The notes below the pieces were generated by a model, which worked only from the letters and a program-made list of their open reading frames with translations, ran no database searches and had not been told where the DNA came from. Source: Candidatus Doudnabacteria bacterium (GTDB lineage: Bacteria; Patescibacteriota; Doudnabacteria; UBA920; O2-02-FULL-48-8). From it: DNA of 64,000 bases. The stretch covers positions 183,556 to 247,555 of the forward strand of contig JACPFQ010000004.1 of the NCBI GenBank assembly GCA_016182875.1, read 5' to 3'. A program made the position numbers and the translations under genes. This document shows, one piece after another, positions 19,360 through 29,624 of this stretch (positions within the stretch are counted from its first letter, which is position 1; each line of letters begins with the position of its first letter).

Positions 19360-19854
19360 ATGACATTTCAACATTTGTTCGCGATCTTGGGCGGCGAAGA
19401 AGGGTTTGGATGGTTGACGGCCATCCAGAGACCGGACATGGAAGACGGAACGGTTCATTTTGAGTGGTCGACAGATTGGCCGGTCAAGATTGTTCGCGTC
19501 CGTTCCCTCACAAACGATTCGCTCAACCTTCCGAAAGGAAAGAAGTTCAACCTTTTCATCTACGGCTCAACCGTGGCGAAGCGAAGGCCGTGGGGAGTCG
19601 TGCTCGTCAAAGAATTGCCCGTCAATGACGACGGCACGAACGTGTTAAAGGTATTGCAGGCGGAAGTGAAACGACAGCGTTCGCTTTGTGCACTTTGTGC
19701 TGGCGACCAGGAGTTCCGGCTGCATCAAATCGCTGTGGGGGTTTGCCCCGAGAGGTTCGTGCCGGAGCATCTACTTTATCAGCACACCATTGTCTACTTA
19801 CCCCGTAACAAGCGAGTGCGGCTCGACACTCTGCTCGACGAAGCTGCAACTTAG
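19360..19854 (+). CDS. GC-rich orphan hypothetical protein (164 aa)
   Basis: GGAGGG RBS, own terminator; ~60% GC island between uvrC and uvrA. Confidence 0.5.
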   Translation: MTFQHLFAILGGEEGFGWLTAIQRPDMEDGTVHFEWSTDWPVKIVRVRSLTNDSLNLPKGKKFNLFIYGSTVAKRRPWGVVLVKELPVNDDGTNVLKVLQAEVKRQRSLCALCAGDQEFRLHQIAVGVCPERFVPEHLLYQHTIVYLPRNKRVRLDTLLDEAAT

Positions 19855-19867
19855 CTTCGACAAACGC

Positions 19868-19916
19868 CCTCCCTGGCAATTGATCTTTGTCGGTCTTGCC
19901 AGGGCGGTTTTTTTTC
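19868..19916 (+). terminator. rho-independent terminator
   Basis: ccctggcaa...ttgccaggg hairpin followed by T9. Confidence 0.7.
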
Positions 19917-20096
19917 CCGACGCGCAAGCGGTCGGGATCCCGACCTCGATGCAATCGAGCGTCGGGATTTTTTCTGTCTGCCTAAGGCTCTTGCATAGGG
20001 GATAATTTCCGTATATACTGTCCAGGCAATTTTGAACCCTCGAAAACGAGGGTTATCTGACCATCTTTGATTTTCAGACTTAAGAGTGGATACTAT

Positions 20097-22958
20097 ATGA
20101 CAGAAAAGATCACCGTCCGCGGCGCCCGGGTCCATAATCTCAAGAACATCAACGTCGATATCCCCAGGAACAAACTCGTGGTCATCACGGGTCTTTCGGG
20201 CAGCGGCAAATCCTCGCTGGCATTCGATACTATATATGCCGAAGGCCAGAGACGCTACGTGGAGTCCCTCTCTGCGTATGCCAGGCAGTTTTTGGGCTTG
20301 ATGGATAAGCCGGACGTGGACAAAATCGAAGGTTTGTCGCCAGCCATCTCCATTGACCAAAAATCCGCTTCGCATAACCCCCGCTCCACGGTCGGCACGG
20401 TTACGGAAATTTATGATTATTTAAGATTGCTGTTTGCCCGGGCAGGCACTCCTCACTGCGCTGTTTGCGGCAAGCAGATCATCGGCCAGTCCGTAACGCA
20501 AATGGTCGACCAGATTGTATCCTGGCCGCAATCAACAAAAATCGTCATTTTGGCGCCAATGGTTAAGGATCAGAAAGGCGAGCACAAGCATTTGTTGGAG
20601 GAGCTTAAGAAGACCGGCTACCAGAGGGTCCGAGTGGACAGTACGATTATGGATATTTCCGAGGCTCTGAATTTGAACATCGATAAGAAAAAGAAGCACA
20701 CCATCGATGTCGTCGTGGACAGGCTCGCTTTGGATTCCGAAGACCGCGCCCGCATTGCCGATTCGCTCGAAACCGCGCTTGATTTGGGCAATGATGCGGT
20801 CATCGTGCAGAAAGGGGGTAATGGGGATAATGGGAGTAAAGGGCAAGAAATATTGTTTTCTGCCAACTTCACTTGCCCCGATGGCCACATGAGTTTACCT
20901 GAGCTTAATCCCAGGAATTTTTCGTTTAATTCTCCGCACGGCGCCTGCCCTGACTGTACGGGACTTGGCACTAGGCTGGAAATCGATCCCGAATTGGTCA
21001 TCCCAAATCAGAAGCTGACTCTGGCTGAAGGAGCGGTCCGGCCGTGGAGCAAGACGACTTCGCGTTTGAGCTGGTATTCGGAAATCTTGGAGGAACTGGC
21101 TGAGCGGTTTGGCAGTTCGGTGCATACGCCGGTGAAGGATTTGCCCAAAAAATTCGTGGACGCGGTGCTGTACGGCTCAGGTTCATTCGAAGGCGTGATC
21201 AACAACCTCATGCGCCGGTACAAGGAAACCGACTCCGATTACATGCGGTCGGAAATTGAGCAGTATATGAGAATTAAAACCTGTCCGACCTGCAAAGGCA
21301 AAAGACTCAAACCCGAATTTTTGGCCGTAACCGTGTTTAATCGCTCCATTGTCGATTTGGCGAATTTGCACATCGACGACGCGCTGGAGTTCTTCGAAAC
21401 GCTCCCCAAAAAACTTTCGGAAAAGGAACAAAAAATCGCCCATCAGATTCTCAAGGAGATTTCCCTTCGGCTTAAATTTTTGCAGGACGTCGGCTTAAAT
21501 TACCTGACCCTCGACCGCTCAGCCGACACGCTTTCCGGGGGCGAAGCGCAAAGAATCCGGCTGGCGACCCAGATTGGTTCCGGCCTGACCGGGGTTTTAT
21601 ACATTCTAGACGAGCCGTCAATCGGGCTTCACCAGCGGGACAACGCCCGGCTGCTCAGAACGCTTAAAAGTTTGCGTGATTTGGGCAATACCGTAATCGT
21701 GGTTGAGCACGACGAGGAAACGATTAATGCTTCGGATTGGGTGGTGGATATCGGTCCCGGAGCCGGCAAGCACGGCGGGCATGTGGTGGCCGAAGGAACC
21801 CCGAAAGAGATTAGCCGGAACAAATCCTCCTTGACCGGCAAGTACTTGGCCGGAATAGAATCAATTCCACTGCCAGAAGCAAGGCGGCCGGGCAGCAGCC
21901 GGACCCTGAAAATTGTCGGCGCGTCCGAGTTTAATTTGAAAGATATAGACGTCGAAGTGCCCCTGGGCAAGTTTGTTTGCTTAACCGGAGTTTCCGGCAG
22001 CGGTAAATCAACTCTGCTCAACGAAATTTTGGCCAAAGCCTTGTCAGCTTATTTTTACAACGCCAAAGAGTCGCCCGGGGCGCATAAGAAAATTCTGGGA
22101 ATCGAAAACATTGATAAAATCATAAATATCGACCAGTCTCCGATTGGACGCACGCCGCGCTCCAACCCCGCCACCTATACCGGCGTCTTTACCTATATCC
22201 GGGATTTGTTTGCCGCCACGCCGGAAGCCAGAATGCGCGGGTACAAAGCAGGGAGGTTCAGCTTCAACGTCAAAGGCGGGCGGTGCGAAGTCTGCGGCGG
22301 TGACGGCGTAATCAAGATTGAAATGCATTTTTTGCCGGATGTCTATGTGGCCTGCGAGGAGTGCAAAGGCAAGCGCTACAACAAAGAGGCGCTGGACATC
22401 CACTATAAAGGCAAAAATATCTCCGATGTTTTGGAGATGACCGTGGATGAAGCGCATGTGTTCTTCCGCAACGTGCCGCTGATTGCCCGCAAGCTGGAAA
22501 CCTTGTCTCTGGTGGGGCTGGGTTATATGCACCTCGGTCAGCAGGCGACCACGCTTTCCGGCGGTGAGGCGCAAAGAATCAAGCTCGCTACCGAACTTTC
22601 CCGCGCCTCGACCGGCAAGACTTTGTATATTTTGGATGAGCCGACCACTGGCTTGCATTTTGAGGATGTAAAAAGGCTTTTGGGGGTACTTAATCGTTTA
22701 GTCGAAAAAGGCAATACAGTTCTTGTGATTGAACACAACCTCGACGTAATCAAGAATGCGGACTGGGTAATTGATTTGGGACCTGAAGGCGGCGACAAGG
22801 GCGGGGAAGTGGTGGCTATCGGCACTCCCGAGGATGTGGCCAAGGTCAAGCGGAGCTACACCGGCCAATACTTAGTAAGGGTTTTGTCCGCCAAAGGCGG
22901 ATCCGCCTCCGGCGGAAAAGAAAAAGAGAAGGTAAAGGAAAAAGTGAGAGTGAAATAG
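20097..22958 (+). CDS. uvrA: excinuclease ABC subunit A
   Basis: Two ABC ATPase modules ([20 protein letters not shown]), zinc-finger CxxC pairs. Confidence 0.95.
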   Translation: MTEKITVRGARVHNLKNINVDIPRNKLVVITGLSGSGKSSLAFDTIYAEGQRRYVESLSAYARQFLGLMDKPDVDKIEGLSPAISIDQKSASHNPRSTVGTVTEIYDYLRLLFARAGTPHCAVCGKQIIGQSVTQMVDQIVSWPQSTKIVILAPMVKDQKGEHKHLLEELKKTGYQRVRVDSTIMDISEALNLNIDKKKKHTIDVVVDRLALDSEDRARIADSLETALDLGNDAVIVQKGGNGDNGSKGQEILFSANFTCPDGHMSLPELNPRNFSFNSPHGACPDCTGLGTRLEIDPELVIPNQKLTLAEGAVRPWSKTTSRLSWYSEILEELAERFGSSVHTPVKDLPKKFVDAVLYGSGSFEGVINNLMRRYKETDSDYMRSEIEQYMRIKTCPTCKGKRLKPEFLAVTVFNRSIVDLANLHIDDALEFFETLPKKLSEKEQKIAHQILKEISLRLKFLQDVGLNYLTLDRSADTLSGGEAQRIRLATQIGSGLTGVLYILDEPSIGLHQRDNARLLRTLKSLRDLGNTVIVVEHDEETINASDWVVDIGPGAGKHGGHVVAEGTPKEISRNKSSLTGKYLAGIESIPLPEARRPGSSRTLKIVGASEFNLKDIDVEVPLGKFVCLTGVSGSGKSTLLNEILAKALSAYFYNAKESPGAHKKILGIENIDKIINIDQSPIGRTPRSNPATYTGVFTYIRDLFAATPEARMRGYKAGRFSFNVKGGRCEVCGGDGVIKIEMHFLPDVYVACEECKGKRYNKEALDIHYKGKNISDVLEMTVDEAHVFFRNVPLIARKLETLSLVGLGYMHLGQQATTLSGGEAQRIKLATELSRASTGKTLYILDEPTTGLHFEDVKRLLGVLNRLVEKGNTVLVIEHNLDVIKNADWVIDLGPEGGDKGGEVVAIGTPEDVAKVKRSYTGQYLVRVLSAKGGSASGGKEKEKVKEKVRVK

Positions 22959-23027
22959 TAAAACCCCCGCCGTCGGCGGGGGTTTTTGTTCTTGACAATC
23001 CTTGTCTTATTGATATATCATACTAGC

Positions 23028-23333
23028 ATGTTAGCATACAGCAGTAAAGACAATAGTTGGAAGAATAAGGATACTGATAAGCTATTTGAGGCTATTTTGA
23101 AGCTCAAGACAGTGGCTGAATGCGAAGATTTTTTTCGCGACTTGCTGACTTTGGCCGAACTCAAAGAGTTTGCCAACCGGTTCAAGATGGCTCGCATGCT
23201 TGCTTATACAAGGAAGCCTTATTGGCGTATTGCTAAGGATGCTCATACTACTACGGCAACCGTAACTCGGGTGGCGCATTGGTTAAAACATGGTATGGGA
23301 GGTTACCGTTTGATCTTAAATAGACTTAGGTAA
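23028..23333 (+). CDS. YerC/YecD-like TrpR-family DNA-binding protein
   Basis: ~100 aa; TrpR-like helix-turn-helix (RIAKDAHTTTATVTRVAHWL). Confidence 0.55.
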   Translation: MLAYSSKDNSWKNKDTDKLFEAILKLKTVAECEDFFRDLLTLAELKEFANRFKMARMLAYTRKPYWRIAKDAHTTTATVTRVAHWLKHGMGGYRLILNRLR

Positions 23334-23336
23334 TAG

Positions 23337-23400
23337 ACTGCTTCGCTAATCGCTCGCAGATGCGCCATTTGCGAGGAGGCGAAGCCGACGAAGCAATCTA
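23337..23400. repeat. ~60-bp repeat, inverted copy of 19180..19240
   Basis: Reverse complement of gtgtttagattgcttcgtcggcttcgcctcctcgcaaatggcgcat... Confidence 0.55.
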
Positions 23401-23544
23401 AACACATGCAAAACATTTTTTCTAAACTTAGCCATCATACCAACCCTTTCCCGCTTGGAGAGGTTGGTTAGGTATGCTTTAAGAAAAATTTTTCTTCCCA
23501 ACCCCTGCAAGCCTGCCGGGGTTTTTAATTAAGCTTGATATTTT

Positions 23545-24807
23545 ATGAGAAAAATTCAAATAGGTGTTATGGGATCAATGGCTGATCTAAACTATTCCAA
23601 AGCTACTGAAAAGCTAGCAGAAGAAGTCGGGTTTTGGATTGCTAAAAATGGAGCGGCACTGATTTTTGGGGCGGAAAAAGATGGCGATAGTCTTTCAACA
23701 GCCGCTTGTCGCGGTGCTAAAAAAACTAAAGGCATAACGATCGGTGTAACCTACGCTAAAGGATTGGATGTTTTTGAAAAAAATAATATTGATGTGGTAA
23801 TTGCAACGGGCTTAGAAAGAGGTGGTGGCCGAGAATTGCCACTTGTCTTAAGTTGCGATGCAGTTATTACTTTAAATGGCGGATCAGGAACTCTTACAGA
23901 AGTTGCAATTGCATATCAAGCTAATATTCCCATAGTTGTCCTAAAAGCAACCGGTGGGTGGAGCGGCAGGTTAGCCGGGCAGTATTTAGATGATAGAAAA
24001 CGTATCAAAGCGGAAATTGCTAACAGTCCCAAAGAGGCTGTTCTAAAAGCGTTAGATTTAATTGCACTAAAGCAAGCAAAACAAAAAGATATTTTGGTAC
24101 TGACTGCTGTCCACGGGGACGAATCGATTGGCGTCAGAGCTATGAGAATAATTGATAAGCGAATTCCTGATAACCGTTTTGCTTGGACAATCGCTAACGA
24201 AAAAGCTTTATCTAAAAATCAAAGATTTGTAGATGCCGACCTGAATCGAGCTGCACCAGGCAATAAAAATTCCAAGCAGTATGAAGTTCGCAGAGCATCG
24301 GAACTGTTGAAGTTAGCAAATAATTATCGCTATGTGTTTGATATCCACGGAACAAGTGCCAACTCGGGGATCTTTACGATTGTCACAAATCCGACCCTGG
24401 AAAATTTAGCGTTGGCTTCAATTCTCCCCATAGATAATATTGTTATTTGGATTTCCCAACCCCGAAAAAAATCAGGGCCAATTACCCAGTTTGTTAAGTG
24501 CGGATTGGAAATTGAATGCGGCTTAAAAAATTCACCAAAAACCTTGAAGCAACTAGCTAAAATTTTGGAGGAGATAAACGGTAAGAGTATCGATTATTCG
24601 AATCTTAACCTGAAAGGAAAAAACTTATTCCAAGTTTATGGGAAGCTGATGAAGTCTGAAATTAATAACAAAAATTATAAAAAACTTAAGGACTTCAAAA
24701 AGACTAAAATCAATACAGAGATTTTCTTCCCTCTTTTAGTAGGTCGGTACCTAGGATTAGCCTGTTATAAAATGCGGAAATTGAACCATCGCGACCACCC
24801 TTTATAA
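23545..24807 (+). CDS. fusion protein: N-terminal LOG/SLOG-like Rossmann domain (TIGR00725-like) + C-terminal AstE/AspA (succinylglutamate desuccinylase/aspartoacylase) zinc deacylase domain
   Basis: N-terminus GVMGS...IATGLERGGGRE...NGGSGTLTE; C-terminus HGDESIG, DADLNRAAPG, DIHGT motifs; low GC like backbone. Confidence 0.55.
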   Translation: MRKIQIGVMGSMADLNYSKATEKLAEEVGFWIAKNGAALIFGAEKDGDSLSTAACRGAKKTKGITIGVTYAKGLDVFEKNNIDVVIATGLERGGGRELPLVLSCDAVITLNGGSGTLTEVAIAYQANIPIVVLKATGGWSGRLAGQYLDDRKRIKAEIANSPKEAVLKALDLIALKQAKQKDILVLTAVHGDESIGVRAMRIIDKRIPDNRFAWTIANEKALSKNQRFVDADLNRAAPGNKNSKQYEVRRASELLKLANNYRYVFDIHGTSANSGIFTIVTNPTLENLALASILPIDNIVIWISQPRKKSGPITQFVKCGLEIECGLKNSPKTLKQLAKILEEINGKSIDYSNLNLKGKNLFQVYGKLMKSEINNKNYKKLKDFKKTKINTEIFFPLLVGRYLGLACYKMRKLNHRDHPL

Positions 24808-24847
24808 GAAGAGATTGGTTGTGTTTGGCTTGGTTACTTAACACCTT

Positions 24848-24873
24848 CAATCCCTTCTTAGAAGGGATTTTTT
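24848..24873 (+). terminator. rho-independent terminator
   Basis: aatcccttc tta gaagggatt + T-run. Confidence 0.6.
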
Positions 24874-24907
24874 ATTCTAAGAAATTTATCAAGATTGAGG
24901 AGGAATT

Positions 24908-25618
24908 ATGAAGCGACTCACAGCAGTGTCGACGTTCGTGGATGATGTCCTGCTTAATGAACAGGAACAAGTGCTCGAAGTTCGCGTAGGCGGCCCGGCA
25001 GAATTCTTCCGGCGGGTGTTTGAAAAAACATCACAACCAGTTCAACTGATTACAGGCCGCCGAATGCAAGTCAGGATCAAGGTAGTTCTAGGCATGCCGC
25101 AAGTTGGGAGGGTTGTTGATGCTGGAGACATGCAATCACTACCCCAAATCAACTCACCGAACTTGCTGCTTTCCAGCTTGGCTCGGGAATGGAATGTTCT
25201 GCCCCTGAAGGATTATCTCGGCAGAGTGTTTCTGGATGTCCAAGGTTTCGTTAGGAATCCCAGCGCTGGATTTGGTCGGAAGCAAGTGTGGAGTGAAATC
25301 GAACTAATCGCTTCGAACTTGTTTTGCATCAAGGCCACCGAACTAGAACTTAGATTTCTGCCGCCGTCGTTCGTGCAAGATCAGATCGAGAACCGTTGTC
25401 TTCTGTTGACCAAGGGTCCGCAAGGGTCAGAGATCTTTTTCCGCGGACAGGCCCAGGTCTACGAACCCGAAGAATCACTTAATCCTCCAGATACCTTGGG
25501 GGCCGGTGATACATACCTGGCGACGTTCACCAAGGAATTCATCCAGCACGAAGACTGGCGAGCCGCAGGTTTGGCCGCCAGTCAAGCAGCGTTCCGTTTC
25601 CTCAAAGCGAAAGGATGA
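24908..25618 (+). CDS. PfkB/ribokinase-family carbohydrate or nucleoside kinase (short form)
   Basis: DTLGAGDTYLATF PfkB signature-2-like motif; GGAGG RBS; GC-rich. Confidence 0.55.
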   Translation: MKRLTAVSTFVDDVLLNEQEQVLEVRVGGPAEFFRRVFEKTSQPVQLITGRRMQVRIKVVLGMPQVGRVVDAGDMQSLPQINSPNLLLSSLAREWNVLPLKDYLGRVFLDVQGFVRNPSAGFGRKQVWSEIELIASNLFCIKATELELRFLPPSFVQDQIENRCLLLTKGPQGSEIFFRGQAQVYEPEESLNPPDTLGAGDTYLATFTKEFIQHEDWRAAGLAASQAAFRFLKAKG

Positions 25619-26151
25619 CAGACATGAAAATCAGAGATCTGACAGCAGCCGATCTTATCGGCGTCCGACAGATTTACCGAGAAGCGTTTGCCGGATTTCC
25701 TTGGTTCGAAACGGTGACAGACGCTGAAATCGATTCGAGGTTTAACAGTGTGATGTCAGGGTTGGTCGCGGTCCAGGACAATTCGGTCGTTGGGGCGACC
25801 TGGTGGGAGGTTATAACGATCGAAAAACTCAGACAAGAACGCGGCGAGGAACTGGTCCGATTCGCCAACACGTTTCGAGAAGAACATCTCAAATATGTCT
25901 GGGTAAGGGAAACCATAGTCTTACCGTCGCATCAAGGTCAAGGAATCGGCTTGATGCTCAAACAGGACTCCATCAAGCGCCTTCACGAGGTCTACAAGCC
26001 AGTAATGATTCTGACACGGATGAGAGATGACAACCTGCCTATCATTCGGATTGCAGAACGATGTGGATTCGCTAGGACCGGAATCAAGGTCCCCGATAGC
26101 CAAGTGCTTGTCAATCATGAGTACTGGTATTACAAGGAGGTAAGTCGATGA
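25615..26151 (+). CDS. GNAT-family N-acetyltransferase
   Basis: HQGQGIG acetyl-CoA binding motif; ATGA overlap with upstream gene. Confidence 0.6.
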   Translation: MTDMKIRDLTAADLIGVRQIYREAFAGFPWFETVTDAEIDSRFNSVMSGLVAVQDNSVVGATWWEVITIEKLRQERGEELVRFANTFREEHLKYVWVRETIVLPSHQGQGIGLMLKQDSIKRLHEVYKPVMILTRMRDDNLPIIRIAERCGFARTGIKVPDSQVLVNHEYWYYKEVSR

Positions 26152-27005
26152 AGCCTTTCGTCATTTCTGAAGACGCTGAAACCCTTCTGCATAAGTGGGC
26201 GGAAGTCCGGGGATTCCAGTTACCGAGTCGAGCATTCTTCGCAGGGCTGCTGGATGAGATGGTGGGAATGCTTGAGAAAATCTTTAGCGAGGTGATTCTT
26301 GCTGAAGAGGCAGCCATCAGCAGCCAGCTTGTCCAATGGGTACATGCAAGCGGATTACCAGCGGTTTCGATGGACGGCGTCTATTTTCAATCCGAACACA
26401 CGATTCAAGTCAACCGCGCTGTAGACCAGTTCGGCAACGATATTGGTTTGTTCCCCAGGCCTGGCGCACCATCGCTTTGTGAGCAGTGTCAAGTCATCAA
26501 GGACCGAGAACTGACTGAGATAGTACTCGTCGACGACGTAGTTTTCAGTGGCCACCAAATCGTCTTGGTAATTGAGGGACTTGCCGATCTGAACGTGCGC
26601 GTAGTCAAAGTGCTTGCCGGGATTTCAATTGGGATGGGAGAAACTCTCCTCGCCGAAAAAGGCGTGGACTACGTATCCGTCTACCCTATCCCTGAAGTTG
26701 TAGACGAAATCTGTCAGCGAGACTTTCTGCCTGGAACACCTCGTTGCGGTCGCTACTTGGCAGGCAGTAAGAATACTGGGCTACCGTATTTACTGCCGTT
26801 CGGCAATCCAGGCAAGTGGGCATCTATTCCAGAGAATTGGCAGTTGCCATTTTCTCAATTCTGTATTGATCGCGCGATTCGGGTTTTCGAAGCGATCGAA
26901 AAAGAGTCTGGGAGGGTGGTTCATTGTTTGGATCTGGATAGAAAAGTATTTTCGTTGCCCAAGGACGGTACACGCTTCGTGGATGCACTGCGGCGTTTGC
27001 TCTGA
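26148..27005 (+). CDS. phosphoribosyltransferase (PRTase type I)-like domain protein
   Basis: PRPP-binding-like motif EIVLVDDVVFSGHQI; ATGA overlap with GNAT gene. Confidence 0.45.
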   Translation: MKPFVISEDAETLLHKWAEVRGFQLPSRAFFAGLLDEMVGMLEKIFSEVILAEEAAISSQLVQWVHASGLPAVSMDGVYFQSEHTIQVNRAVDQFGNDIGLFPRPGAPSLCEQCQVIKDRELTEIVLVDDVVFSGHQIVLVIEGLADLNVRVVKVLAGISIGMGETLLAEKGVDYVSVYPIPEVVDEICQRDFLPGTPRCGRYLAGSKNTGLPYLLPFGNPGKWASIPENWQLPFSQFCIDRAIRVFEAIEKESGRVVHCLDLDRKVFSLPKDGTRFVDALRRLL

Positions 27006-27221
27006 TGGGTGAGGCCATGATTCGGCAACGAGTCCTCTGGCCCTTTTTATTTGCTTAGGCCTTGACCCCGTTAGAAATAAGACGCCAACGGTGTCTGCCG
27101 ATACGCAAGTATTGGATTTCTAACGGGGTTGACATTTTAGTTTTTCTGGTATCTCAAATGAGCGTACCATAAAAGTATACAGAAATTCGTGGTTTAGGTT
27201 CCCAAAAAGGAGGGTAAAGCC

Positions 27222-27923
27222 GTGCCACGAGAGGATCGCATGTTCGGTGATTTCTACGTTGCGCCAGCCAGGAGCGTTCGGCGCGTGACCATTCGAGTGC
27301 TTGTCGGCAGTTTCTGGCTTCTGCTGTTCGTTGCATTTGGTTATAGTCGGGCAGTGGCGATTGACAGTCTGCCAAGGGTGGACACGATGATGAAGATCGT
27401 GCTGCCATCCGCGCCCCCGCCCCCGCCACCAGCTCCGGTCCCGCCCAAGAATCAGCCGGAGCGGCCAGTGGTCAGCAAGCCGGACTTTCCGGTAGAGCCG
27501 CCGACCGGCATTCCGCCCGAGCCGCCGTTCGATGTTCCAAGCGTTCGGAACATTCCCGGTGTCATCGACGGAGTTCCTCCCGGCGAGATTCCGGACTTCG
27601 TTCCTCCGCCACCGCCTCCGCCGCCCAAGCCGGTAGAACCCGTACCGGTCGGAGGCAACATCAGGCCGCCACAGCGGCTTGAGCACGTTCCTCCTGAGTA
27701 CCCGGCTATCGCTCGGACGGCACGGGTGCAGGGAATCGTGATCATCCAAGCCACGATCAACGAGACGGGTCGGGTAGTAGAGGTCGAGGTCCTTCGGTCG
27801 ATCCCGCTTCTTGATCAGGCAGCACTTGACGCGGTACGGCAATGGCGCTATACACCAACGCTACTCAACGGTAAACCGGTGCCCGTCATCACGACGGTCA
27901 CGGTGCAGTTCACCCTGCAGTAG
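27222..27923 (+). CDS. TonB C-terminal domain protein (proline-rich periplasmic spanner + TonB_C)
   Basis: N-terminal TM, PPPPPP linker, C-terminus ...VQGIVIIQATINETGRV...RYTPTLLNGKPV; GTG start after AAGGAGGG RBS; ~62% GC. Confidence 0.7.
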   Translation: MPREDRMFGDFYVAPARSVRRVTIRVLVGSFWLLLFVAFGYSRAVAIDSLPRVDTMMKIVLPSAPPPPPPAPVPPKNQPERPVVSKPDFPVEPPTGIPPEPPFDVPSVRNIPGVIDGVPPGEIPDFVPPPPPPPPKPVEPVPVGGNIRPPQRLEHVPPEYPAIARTARVQGIVIIQATINETGRVVEVEVLRSIPLLDQAALDAVRQWRYTPTLLNGKPVPVITTVTVQFTLQ

Positions 27924-28032
27924 TTTGGTGGACAGTCGTTAAAATTAAATAGGGGTGTTTCCGGCCGGCAGTGCCGACAAACAAAAAACAAACGGCACGC
28001 AAGTAGCCTGGGTAGGAAAACCCCACGACGCC

Positions 28033-28068
28033 CAGCCAGGACTTTCACAAGCCCTGGCCGGTTTTTTT
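28033..28068 (+). terminator. rho-independent terminator after TonB-like gene
   Basis: gccagg...cctggc hairpin + T7. Confidence 0.55.
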
Positions 28069-28146
28069 ATTTCTCAAGCCACCTCTCTGTCCGGTCGACG
28101 ACCGGACATCTCTCCTGGGAGGAGAGAAATAATTTGAAAGTTACAC

Positions 28147-28191
28147 TGGCACTTGACAGGGTTGAGTGCTAGGGTTAAAATATTGGCACTC
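28147..28191. promoter_or_regulatory. CIRCE-like HrcA operator (TGGCACTT-N9-GAGTGCTAG followed by a third half-site TGGCACTC)
   Basis: Resembles the TTAGCACTC-N9-GAGTGCTAA consensus; directly upstream of hrcA. Confidence 0.45.
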
Positions 28192-28211
28192 CTAATGTTT
28201 AAGTGCTAACT

Positions 28212-28943
28212 ATGGATACTCGCAAACAGAGGATTTTAGCAGCAATCGTCAAAGAATACTCCGAAACGGCAAATCCTGTGGGCTCCAAGGAACTGGTAGA
28301 CAGGTATAATTTCACGGAAAGCCCTGCCACCATCCGCAACGAAATGGCTGATTTGGAGAAAGATGGCTATATCTTTCAGCCGCATAAATCCGCCGGCCGC
28401 GTCCCCACAGACAAAGGCTATCGGTTTTTCGTCAACGAATTAATGCGCCGGTTTGAATTATCAGAAAAAGAACGCCGGATGCTTAAACACGAACTCCTGA
28501 AATTGCAGGTTCAACAGGAACAGCTGGGACGTTCCATCTCGAATTTACTGTCCCAGGTTTCAGGCCAAGCCGCGTTCGCGCTTCTGCCCAATCAATCCTC
28601 GGCCACCGGGCTTTCGCAAATTATAGGCGAGCCGGAGTTTGCGGATTCCAAGCAAATGAAGCAAGTAGCCCAGTTGCTTGAGCATATTGATGAGCACGCC
28701 AGCAAATTAATTAAAAAATCAGAGATAACAGCAGAAGCGTTTATCGGGAGCGAAGCCAAGTTCCCGGTGCCCAAGAATTTAAGTCTGGTGGTTTCCAATG
28801 TCAAAATGAAAGACGGCAAGAAAGGCGTCATCGGCATCATCGGCCCCAAGCGCATGGCCTATGCCAAGAATTTGTCCATCATTAATTATTTAGCGAAATT
28901 AATAAGCGGCGCTGCAGTGATAATTTTGATAATTAAAATATAA
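28212..28943 (+). CDS. hrcA: heat-inducible transcriptional repressor HrcA (short form)
   Basis: N-terminal winged-HTH region (RQRxIL..IV..Y..T..PVGSK.L) and operon with grpE-dnaK. Confidence 0.8.
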   Translation: MDTRKQRILAAIVKEYSETANPVGSKELVDRYNFTESPATIRNEMADLEKDGYIFQPHKSAGRVPTDKGYRFFVNELMRRFELSEKERRMLKHELLKLQVQQEQLGRSISNLLSQVSGQAAFALLPNQSSATGLSQIIGEPEFADSKQMKQVAQLLEHIDEHASKLIKKSEITAEAFIGSEAKFPVPKNLSLVVSNVKMKDGKKGVIGIIGPKRMAYAKNLSIINYLAKLISGAAVIILIIKI

Positions 28944-28988
28944 AAATTATGAGCAGACTGCCAATTAATATTGTTGGATTACAGTAAT

Positions 28989-29046
28989 TGTCATCCTGAG
29001 CGAAGCGAAGGATCTCATGAGATTCTTCACTGCGTTCAGAATGACA
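28989..29046. repeat. palindromic element (tgtcatcctgagcgaagcgaaggatctc / gagattc...gcgttcagaatgaca)
   Basis: Variant of the GCGAAGCGAAG palindromic family; supplies the spurious N-terminal codons of the grpE ORF. Confidence 0.55.
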
Positions 29047-29550
29047 AACACGAATATGTCAGACGAGAATAATCAAACCCAGGAAGCTACAGTTGAGGAA
29101 CTGCAGGCTAAGAACGAAGAATTTTTGAATAACTGGAAGCGCGTAGCGGCGGACTTGGAAAACTTCCGCAAACGCCGCGAAGCGGAGAATAAGGAATTGC
29201 TGGAATTCGCCAAGGAAATGGCGGCAATCAAGCTTCTGCCTTCCCTGCAAAGTCTGGAACAGGTCTTGAAGTTCGCGCCGAATGATGAGAAGTACAAAGG
29301 CTGGCTCGACGGCCTCAAAGCTACGATCTTGCAGCTCGAGAAGGCCATGGAAGAGCTGGGCTTGAAAAAAATCAACACGGTCGGCGAGAATTTCGACCAC
29401 GAACTGCACGAAGCCGTGGAAGAAGCGGAAGGAGAAGACGGTAAAGTTTTAAAAGAATTGCAACCGGGTTTTATGCTGCATAACAAAGTAATCATCCCGG
29501 CCAAGGTCGTGGTCGGAAAAAAGTTAAGCGATTCGAATATAGCGAATTGA
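29041..29550 (+). CDS. grpE: nucleotide exchange factor GrpE
   Basis: GrpE coiled-coil plus C-terminal beta domain similarity; start uncertain (29041 or 29056). Confidence 0.85.
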   Translation: MTNTNMSDENNQTQEATVEELQAKNEEFLNNWKRVAADLENFRKRREAENKELLEFAKEMAAIKLLPSLQSLEQVLKFAPNDEKYKGWLDGLKATILQLEKAMEELGLKKINTVGENFDHELHEAVEEAEGEDGKVLKELQPGFMLHNKVIIPAKVVVGKKLSDSNIAN

Positions 29551-29624
29551 CATGCGAAAGATGCGAATCGATTCGTGTCATTCGAATGTCCAATTCGTGG
29601 CTTCGTATCGCTGAAGGAGTAATT

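Noticed and set aside
19180-23400. Inverted ~60-bp repeats flanking uvrA as a composite transposon
   Set aside because: No transposase; the payload includes essential uvrA; more parsimonious as two copies of a dispersed palindromic family
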